IMG/VR virus record: IMGVR_UViG_3300042554_001750
DNA from: a virus
Taxonomy: Duplodnaviria > Caudoviricetes
DNA length: 64,000 nt
Reading direction: 5' to 3' (one strand)
Below the pieces are notes generated by a model that did not search any database, had not been told where the DNA came from, and was given only the letters and a program-made list of their open reading frames with translations. Positions 36,848 to 45,900 of the stretch are shown piece by piece; the first letter of the stretch is position 1; each line of letters opens with the position of its first letter. Made by a program: the position numbers and the translations under genes.

Positions 36848-38410
36848 ATGGCAGCAGATCCATTTAACAGTTTAACAGGCTATACCGTAGGTATCCCGCC
36901 AGTACCAGTTGTTAGTAATACCGGTGTTGTAGTTGGAAATGTTAATACCAATTATGTTATTTCTAATAGTGTTTTTACAGATAACCTACGCTACAGTAAT
37001 GGACAACGATATGTACCGGGATCCAATAGTCAAATAGTTTTTAATAATGCTAACACCTTTGGTGCTAGCCCCAACCTTTCTTTCAACAGCTATACTAATT
37101 TTTTAGAAGTTACTAATCTTGCAGTTCCTGGAACTACTAACTTAGGTGATGTTTCTCAAGTTTCTATTTTAGGTGGAGACAACGGATATTTCTTGCAAAC
37201 TGATGGACTAGGTACATTAAGTTGGGTCGCTGGTACAGGTGGTGGTAGCAATGGTACACCGGGCGGCGCAAACACTCAAGTTCAATATAATGACTCTGGT
37301 ACTTTTGGTGGAAGTGCAGGATTTACCTTCAATGAACTAACAAATACTTTAACCGTTGGTAATACTGTATCTAATTTTATTGGTAATCTTAATGGAACTG
37401 CATCTTTTGCCAATACTGCAGGAACTGTAACTAATAGTAGTCAACCAAATATTACAAGTGTTGGTGTATTAACAGGATTGGGTGTAAGTGGACAAATAGA
37501 AGCATTGGTATTCCAAGGTAATGCTGCTAACTTATTCAACATTCCAGCAGCTAATGTTGTCGGAGTCATACCATTAGCAGGTCAAGTATCTGAGAATAAT
37601 CAACCAAATATTACAAGTGTTGGTACATTAACATCATTGGATGTTTCAGGTAATATAAACGGTGCAAATATATTTGGTTCTAATAGAATAACAGCAGGTA
37701 ATTTATTTGTCACAGGCAATACAAGCTTAGGTGGTAATCTTTCTATGAACACCGGTAGATTTATTTCTAACGGCAATGTTAATTTCAATGGTCCTGAAGT
37801 TGAAATCGGTGAAGTCAGTAATTTAAAGATATTTGGTGGATTTGCCGGACAAGTGTTAACTACTGATGGAACAGGTAATTTAAGTTTCGTTGATCCAGGT
37901 GGCAGTGGTGCAAATCCAGGAGGAGGAAATACTGCTGTTCAGTTTAATCAAAGTGGGGCATTTGGTGGCTCATCATTCTTTGTATTCAACAACGTTACAA
38001 ACACTGTAACTATAAGTGGCAATCTTGTAGCAAACACCATTCAAATGGGTTCTGGAGCCTACAAATGGTCTACTAGCCAAGTTTATTTTGCACAAACAGT
38101 TAGCATGTCACCTGGTCAAGTTTTATATTCTATTCCTGTTGCAGAAGTATCAGGTGTAGAATTTGAAATCATTGCAACCGATGCCGTAGATGGATCTAGA
38201 CAGTTTTGTAAAATTAGTTCAATATACTACAACGGTATAGTTCAATTCAACGAATACGCCAGTTTGTTTGTTAACGGCGGAGTTGGTAATTTTGAGGTTG
38301 ATTTCAATCCTGGTAACGTAGTTGTACCGCCGTCGTTACAACTATTAGTTACCCCTAGTACTGCATCATCAGTAATGTATAAAATGCTTATCACAGCATA
38401 TGCACCATAA
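36848..38410 (+). CDS. Fibre-like virion structural protein (520 aa)
   Basis: Asn/Gly/Thr-rich; PGG.NTQVQ.N modules; N- and C-terminal domains shared with the next gene; ATAAATA 36820-26. Confidence 0.75.
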   Translation: MAADPFNSLTGYTVGIPPVPVVSNTGVVVGNVNTNYVISNSVFTDNLRYSNGQRYVPGSNSQIVFNNANTFGASPNLSFNSYTNFLEVTNLAVPGTTNLGDVSQVSILGGDNGYFLQTDGLGTLSWVAGTGGGSNGTPGGANTQVQYNDSGTFGGSAGFTFNELTNTLTVGNTVSNFIGNLNGTASFANTAGTVTNSSQPNITSVGVLTGLGVSGQIEALVFQGNAANLFNIPAANVVGVIPLAGQVSENNQPNITSVGTLTSLDVSGNINGANIFGSNRITAGNLFVTGNTSLGGNLSMNTGRFISNGNVNFNGPEVEIGEVSNLKIFGGFAGQVLTTDGTGNLSFVDPGGSGANPGGGNTAVQFNQSGAFGGSSFFVFNNVTNTVTISGNLVANTIQMGSGAYKWSTSQVYFAQTVSMSPGQVLYSIPVAEVSGVEFEIIATDAVDGSRQFCKISSIYYNGIVQFNEYASLFVNGGVGNFEVDFNPGNVVVPPSLQLLVTPSTASSVMYKMLITAYAP

Positions 38411-38442
38411 TGAAGTCATAAATATAAGTATAGGATAATAAT

Positions 38443-41400
38443 ATGGCACTAAGAGCACTTAATTCGGTAGCAGGTTTCTCAGTAGGTGAAACACCCGCAA
38501 ACGTTATTTTAGGTAACGCTGATATACTTGCTAACAATCTTTCCGTTAACGGTATCTCAAATCTTAACACGCTTTCTAATGTTAAGATTTCGGGAGGTAC
38601 AGCAGGTCAATTTATTCAGACTGACGGTACAGGTAATCTTGTTTTCGCAGGTGCTCCTACACAAGCAGCATTAGCAAATGGTAATAGTAGTGTAAACATA
38701 CCGACAGCTAATGGCAATATTATATTCACTGTTGGCGGAGTCCCAAACGTTGGAGTTATAACAACTACTGGATTAGTAGTTACAGGAAATATTACTCCAA
38801 GTGCCAACATAACATATAATTTAGGTAACAATACAAATAGATTTAAAGATTTATATTTGTCTGGTACAACTATTGTAGTTGGAAACTCTACAATTCAGTC
38901 TAGTGCTACAGAAATCGTATTAACTAACCCATTAGGTGGTCAGTTTATTGTTACTGGTACTGGTACCTCAACAAGTAATACTATTTCAGACGGTACTAGT
39001 AATATTAAAATTGGTGCAAGTAGTAATGTTACAATCAGTGTTGCAGGTAATGCCAATGTATTAACCGTAACAAGCTCTGGAATAAATGTAGCTGGATATA
39101 TTAATGCTACAGGAAATATGAGTTTGGGTAATGCTAACTTAGGTAACTTAGCAACTGCTAACTTTGTAAATGCTTCAAGTAACATTAATGTTACAAATAC
39201 ATTGCAGGCTGGTAATGTACGCACAGATAACCTACTATATGCTAACGGTCAGCCTTGGGACTTGCAAGAAGCAGCAGGTTCCAATTATGAAATTCAATAT
39301 AACATTAATGATAACTTTGCTGCTAGTGCAAACTTTACATATAATGACTCAACACAACAATTTACCGTTCTAGGCAATGGTCAATTTAATAATGCTAACT
39401 TAGGTAACTTAGCAACTGCTAATTTTATCAATGTATCTAGTAACATCACTACTGGTAATTTAACTGTTAACAATTCATTGACAATTGGTTCTGCAAACTT
39501 TAGTGGTAACCTAGTTGTACCTAACATAACAATTAATTCAGAATTATCAGGTAACACAGCTAATTTTAGTGGCAATGTTGTTGTTCCTAATTTGACGGTA
39601 AACTTAGAATTACAAGCAAATACTGCTAATTTTGATGGCAATGTTATAATGGATAAATGGCTAACGGTTGCAAACACTGCAAACGTTGGCAATTTAAGAA
39701 CAAATAACTTGTTGTATGCAAACGGTCAGCCTTGGGACTTACAAGAGGCTGCAGGCGCAAACACACAAATTCAATATAACGATAACAATAATTTTGGTGC
39801 TAGTGCAAACTTTACATTTAACAGTGCCACAAACAATCTCGCATTAAACGGAAACATCTTATTAGGACAGAGCGGTCAGAACCAATTAGTACCATTGAGT
39901 AATACCGCACTTGAAATTCGCGGTGGTTGGAATGATGCTTCAAGCTCATATGTTGCTTTGGCAGCCGGCGATTATGCTAATAGCACTGATTGGGGTAAAA
40001 TTGCTGTTCTTGGTAATGTATCAGGTAATGCAGTTGCACAACTAGAAGCAAACATAATTAACTTCCAACCAGGTGGTGGTGGCACTAATATCGTTAGAAT
40101 TGCTACTCTTGCGCCCGATGCTACTAGCACAACTACTGGTGCAATAAGAGTTGCAGGTGGTATTGGCGTAACCGGTAATGGTTATTTTGGTGGAAATGTT
40201 GTTGTTACTGGTGATATTGCCAACGCTAATAATATTTCTGTAACTAATAATCTAAATGCTGTTGTTGGTAACTTCAGTGGTAATATTAATTCTTTAAATG
40301 CTAATTTAGGTAATTTAGCAGAGGCTAATTTTGTTAATGTTGCAAGTAATGCAGTAACAAATAACTTAACTGTAAATCTACAATTATCAGGTAATACAGC
40401 TAACTTTACAGGTAATGTTGCTGCATTAAATGTTAATGCAGGTAATTTGTTAAGAGCAAACTTTGCTAATGTTGCAAGTAATACAATAACAAATAACTTA
40501 ACAGTTAACCTACAGTTATCGGGTAACACAGCTAACTTTAGTGGTAATGTTTCTGCCGGAAACGCTAGCATAGGTAATTTAATAACTGCTAATTTTGCTA
40601 ATATCGGAACAAATGCTTCTGTAATTGGCACAATGGAAGCAGGATTTGTCAGAACTGACAATCTATTGTATGCTAACGGTCTACCTTGGGACTTGCAAGA
40701 AGCAGCAGGCTCCAACTATGAAATTCAATATAATATTGGTGATAACTTTGCAGCCAGCGCAAACTTTACATACAATGATACAACACAAGTATTAACTGTA
40801 ACCGGCAATGCAAACATCACAGGTAATTTAAATACACCTACAATTAATTCAGGTTCTGGTCAGTTAAACTTAACAAGTAACGGTTATAGCATACAATTAT
40901 ATGCTAATGGTCAAACTCAGTTCCCTGGCACAGTATCTGCGAATTCATTCCAAGGTAATATTTCTGGAAACATTACAATACCTGGAGTTGCAAATGGTGT
41001 TGTTATTAACGATGGTGGTTTAGCAAATTCATTTAGTGGATTTACATTTAATAGTACTTCAAACTTAGTTAGTATTTCAGGAAATTTAACTGCTGCAAAT
41101 GCTAACTTAGGTAATTTAGTAATTGCTAATTTTATAACAACCGGCGAAATATATAATGGCAATAGCAATATAATTATTGCCGCCAACAGCGCAGTAAGAA
41201 TAAGCTCTAATGGTTTAGCAAATGTTGTAACCATCAATGAGCAGGGTGCTAATATTATTGGCAATATTTCAGCTAACGGCAATGCAATATTTGGTGCAGT
41301 ACAAAGTAATACAGTTACTGCTCAAGGTGGAAATCTAACATTATATGCTGCAGCCGGCAATAACTATGTTGAACTTAGACCAACTGGTAACGGCCATGTA

Positions 41401-42921
41401 GATGTTGGTAACTTTAGAATTGAAAACTTGGGTCCACCAGTTGCATCTACTGATGCTGCAACAAAAGGATATGTAGATGCAGCCGTTGAAGGATTGCATA
41501 TTCATGCACCTTCAAAAGCAGCAACGCCAGATACACTAGCTAATATCACAGGCGGTACAATTACATACAACAACGGTACTAGTGGTGTTGGTGCAAACCT
41601 TGTAACAACGGGTAGCTTCAATTTAATTGATGGTGTAAACGTTCAAACATCAGGTACACGAATTCTTGTTAAGAACGAAGCGAATACCGCACATAACGGT
41701 ATCTATACTTGGGCAAATAGCACAACAATTGTTCGTGCAACTGACTTTGATACCCCCACAGAAATGGGTGGAGGTGACTTTACATTCGTTCAACTAGGTA
41801 CATTATACAATGATACTGGTTGGGTAATGACTGACCCGGTTACAACTGTTGGTACAAGTCCGATTGTTTGGGTTCAGTTCTCTGGTGCAGGTACATATAC
41901 AGCAGGTCCAGGTTTAACATTAAACGGTACTCAATTTAGTGTTAATGTTGATAATATCACAACTGAAATTGCAGGTGGTAATGTTGTAGTTAAGTCGGGT
42001 ATACCTCTAAGCAACCCAAATATTGGTACAGCAACAGGTACAAGTTTAGACCTGACAGGCAATTTAATAGCCGGCAATGTTAACAGCAATGCTACAATTA
42101 CGGCTCAAAATGTTGATGTAACTGGAAATGTATTAGCAAATAACATTTCAGCTAACAGTAACATTACATCAAACAATGCAACTGTTAACTTATCATTAAG
42201 TGGTAATACTGCAAACTTCACTGGTAACGTTGTAGTCAACGGTCTATCTGTCAACACAAATATCAGTGGCAACACCGCTAATTTCAGTGGTAATATTTCT
42301 GCTCTAAATGCCAATTTAGGTAACTTAGTAACAGCTAATTTCTTTACAGGTACCTTAGTAAATGGCACAAGCAATGTTGCAATACCAACTGCAAATGGTA
42401 ATGTTAATATTACAGCAGGTGCAAATACAACAGTTGTAGTAAGTCCTACTAGTGCTAATATTACTGGTAATGCAAATATAAGTGGCTTTGTTGAAGCTAA
42501 TGGTAACATTACTGGTGGAAACTTAATTACTAGTGGTAATTTAAATGTAACCGGTGTTGCTAATATTGGTACATATGCAATCTTAGGTAATAGTACAGTA
42601 ACAACTGTTCTATCTTATGAAAGTGTTACAACAAGTTCTATCACAGCCAATCAAACAATTGCAAGTTTTAGTGTTACGGGCGTAACTGGAGTTGAGTTCT
42701 TAGTTAAGGGTATAGATTCAGCAGGTAGCAAATATAGCGTTGCAACAGTTCAGGCAGTTACTGACGGAACAAGTGTAGACTATGCAACCTTTGGCACAGT
42801 TAACTTAGGAGGTTATACAGGAAGTTTAGCAGTCAACATTGTTTCGGGATATATAAGATTGCAGGTAACTCCTGCAAGCAGTAATTCAACTGTTTGGACA
42901 ACGCAATATAGGCTAATCTAA
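38443..42921 (+). CDS. Long fibre-like structural protein (1492 aa)
   Basis: Three RT.NLLYANG.PWDLQEAAG repeats, NANLGNL..ANF repeats, RILVKNE...RATDFD domain; ATAAATA 38418-24. Confidence 0.75.
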   Translation: MALRALNSVAGFSVGETPANVILGNADILANNLSVNGISNLNTLSNVKISGGTAGQFIQTDGTGNLVFAGAPTQAALANGNSSVNIPTANGNIIFTVGGVPNVGVITTTGLVVTGNITPSANITYNLGNNTNRFKDLYLSGTTIVVGNSTIQSSATEIVLTNPLGGQFIVTGTGTSTSNTISDGTSNIKIGASSNVTISVAGNANVLTVTSSGINVAGYINATGNMSLGNANLGNLATANFVNASSNINVTNTLQAGNVRTDNLLYANGQPWDLQEAAGSNYEIQYNINDNFAASANFTYNDSTQQFTVLGNGQFNNANLGNLATANFINVSSNITTGNLTVNNSLTIGSANFSGNLVVPNITINSELSGNTANFSGNVVVPNLTVNLELQANTANFDGNVIMDKWLTVANTANVGNLRTNNLLYANGQPWDLQEAAGANTQIQYNDNNNFGASANFTFNSATNNLALNGNILLGQSGQNQLVPLSNTALEIRGGWNDASSSYVALAAGDYANSTDWGKIAVLGNVSGNAVAQLEANIINFQPGGGGTNIVRIATLAPDATSTTTGAIRVAGGIGVTGNGYFGGNVVVTGDIANANNISVTNNLNAVVGNFSGNINSLNANLGNLAEANFVNVASNAVTNNLTVNLQLSGNTANFTGNVAALNVNAGNLLRANFANVASNTITNNLTVNLQLSGNTANFSGNVSAGNASIGNLITANFANIGTNASVIGTMEAGFVRTDNLLYANGLPWDLQEAAGSNYEIQYNIGDNFAASANFTYNDTTQVLTVTGNANITGNLNTPTINSGSGQLNLTSNGYSIQLYANGQTQFPGTVSANSFQGNISGNITIPGVANGVVINDGGLANSFSGFTFNSTSNLVSISGNLTAANANLGNLVIANFITTGEIYNGNSNIIIAANSAVRISSNGLANVVTINEQGANIIGNISANGNAIFGAVQSNTVTAQGGNLTLYAAAGNNYVELRPTGNGHVDVGNFRIENLGPPVASTDAATKGYVDAAVEGLHIHAPSKAATPDTLANITGGTITYNNGTSGVGANLVTTGSFNLIDGVNVQTSGTRILVKNEANTAHNGIYTWANSTTIVRATDFDTPTEMGGGDFTFVQLGTLYNDTGWVMTDPVTTVGTSPIVWVQFSGAGTYTAGPGLTLNGTQFSVNVDNITTEIAGGNVVVKSGIPLSNPNIGTATGTSLDLTGNLIAGNVNSNATITAQNVDVTGNVLANNISANSNITSNNATVNLSLSGNTANFTGNVVVNGLSVNTNISGNTANFSGNISALNANLGNLVTANFFTGTLVNGTSNVAIPTANGNVNITAGANTTVVVSPTSANITGNANISGFVEANGNITGGNLITSGNLNVTGVANIGTYAILGNSTVTTVLSYESVTTSSITANQTIASFSVTGVTGVEFLVKGIDSAGSKYSVATVQAVTDGTSVDYATFGTVNLGGYTGSLAVNIVSGYIRLQVTPASSNSTVWTTQYRLI

Positions 42922-45900
42922 TGAGTTTAAAGTCGCTGAATTCCATTGGGGGATTTTCCGTCGGCAACAACCAAAGTGTGGTTCTTGCTAATGGCGATAT
43001 TGACACTGGTAATATTGTATTATCGGGCAATTTAGCTGCGGGAAATGCTAATCTTGGAAATGCAGCCGTCGCTAACTATTTTTTGGGTGATGGTGGACTA
43101 TTAAGCAATCTTCCTAGTGGAAATAGTCTCTCAAACGGTAATAGTAGCGTTGGTGTAATTGCTAACGGAAACATAACAATGACCGTTGCTGGTAACAGCA
43201 ATGTAATGGTTATTAGTGGCACAGGTGTTAATGTTTCAGGTACTGGTAATTTTAGTGGTAATGTAAACGCTGGTAATTTTATAGGCATATTTGCTAATGG
43301 TAATAGCAATGTAAGAATTCCAAGCGCAAACGGAAACATTAATTTAAGTGCTGGTGGAAATGCTAATGTATTAATTATCAACAGTAATAATGTAGTTGCT
43401 AACAGACATTTCAAATCAGTAGACACAATTTTAGAAATTGGCGGATTTGCAAACAACGCTCCTTATACTTCAGACGACGGCAAAGATCGCGGTATAACAC
43501 TTAATTACTATGATACCTTTAGTGCGCAAGCGTTCATGGGTTGGAAAAACTCAAATAGTGAATTTGTCTTTGCAAGTGAAGTTACTACAGCTAACGAACA
43601 GGTCAGTATATTTCAATTAGGAAATATTCGTGCTAGTTACTTTTTAGGAAATGTATTAGGTAATATTGAAGGCAATATTATTGCTCCTGGTTCAAATACT
43701 GAAGTTTTGTTCAATGACAACGACCAAGTAGCAGCGTCTAATGGATTTACATTTAATAAAACTACTAATGCACTTACAGTAACCGGAGCTTTTGAGTCTG
43801 CTAGTGTAAACACCTTAGGTAACATTGGTGGTGGTAATTTTTACACACCCGGCAATATTGTAGTTTTAGGATTAGCGAATGTCGGTGAGCTTTTTACTTC
43901 TGGTAATGTTAATGCTGTAGGAAATGTCTCTGGTGTAAATTTCCAAGCAGGTGGAAACATTAGTGCTACAGGTAACATCTCAGGTGGCAATTTAAGCACA
44001 TCTGGACGAGCAAACGTTACAGGCACAGTAAGCGCGGGTAATGTTAGCACAGCAGGGAATCTAAGTGTAGTAGGAAATGTTACTATTACAGGTAATAGTA
44101 GTTTTCAAAACGCAGCAATTTTCAGTCAAAGAATTACTGTAGGAGATCCAAACGGTCAACCCAAAATTGAACTGTTCAGTAACGGATATGGTCTTTTTGG
44201 AAATGTAGCCTTAAGCACATTCGGTGACCCCAATGGCGCAACTATCAGTGGTCGTTTAGCAACATTTACAACTGCAAATATTACTAATATTAATGTTACT
44301 GGCACTGCTAACATTACAGGTAATATTAGTGCAAATAGCATTTTTGCTAATGGCGTTCTTGAAGCCAATGGAAATTTAAGAGCAGCAAATGCTAACTTAG
44401 GTAATTTAGTAACAGCTAATTTCTTCCAGGGTGACGGTTATTTATTAACAAACTTAACTATCCCCGCCGGCAGTGCAATTGAAAATGGTAATAGTAATGT
44501 AAGAGTAGAACCAAATTCAAACGTTGTCTTTAACATCACAAGTGTTAACAATGTGATGGTGCTCTCATCTACTAAGTTAACAGTCAACGCTAATGTAGAG
44601 GTATCAAATACAGTAATCGCTAACTATGTAACTGCAAACATTGCTGTTAATACGCCTATAGTTCAAAATGGTAATAGCATTATTAATATAAATGATTCTA
44701 CTGGATTTATTAACTTTGGTGTTAATAATTCATCTAATATTGTTTACATTAGTAATGTTGGTGCATCTGTTAATGGTAACCTATCAGTAAGTAGTAGAGC
44801 AAATATCACTGGAAATTTAAATGTTTCGGGAAATAGTAACATCGCTGGTAATGTAAATGTTTCAGGTACAACAAATGTTCAGGCACTAAATTCAACAACA
44901 ATTAATGCGTCAGGTAATCTTACATCATTAAATGCAAATTTAGGTAATCTAGCAAAGGCTAATTTTTTCCAAGGTGACGGTTATTTATTAACAAACCTTA
45001 CAATTGCTGCAGGTAGTGCGATTGTAAATGGTAATAGTAATGTTAGCGTAGCACCTAATGCTAATGTAACTGTCGGCGTTGCCGGAATAGACAATGTAAC
45101 TGTATTTACAAATAATAGCGTTATTGTTAATCAGTTTCTTAATGTTAATGCAAACGCTAATATTGCAAACTGGGTAAACGCTAATGCATTATATGTAACT
45201 GGCACTGCTAATTTTGCAAGTGGATTAACTGCAACAAGTAACAGCACAATTACATCAAGATATGTGAGCATTGGAACTGGTGCATTGCCTGGTTATTTGG
45301 ATGTTACTGGTAATGTCAATATTGACAATAGACTTACGGTTAGCGGAACAGCTAATTTCTTTGGTGCTTTCCAAGTTAATGGTACGATCAATTCTAACGC
45401 AAATGTTCAAGCCGATGATTATTTGTTAGCCAACTATTTTTCCATTGACAAGGGCGGTTCAGTACCCAATCTTACTGTAAGTAATGTTGCTAATATTGAA
45501 ACATTAAATGTAAATGGCGCAATAAATGGTAATAGTACTGCAACATTTGATGGAAATCTTATAGCTGCAAATGCTAATTTAGGAAACTTAGTAACAGCCA
45601 ATTTCTTCCAAGGTGATGGCTATCTATTGACTAATTTGACTATTACTGCTGGTAGTAGCATCGTTAACGGTAACAGTAATGTTGTTGTCATAGCTAATGG
45701 AAATGTAACTACTAGTGTTGGAGGCACAGCTAATGTATTGGTTGTCACCACTACTGGCGCAAATATAGCCGGAACTTTAAATGCAACTGGCAACGCAACA
45801 ATAGGTGGTAATCTTTCAGCAGTTCGTGCCAACTTTACAGGTAATGTAAACACAACTGGTAATCTATCCGCTAATGGATCAGCTAATATAGGTGGCGCAG

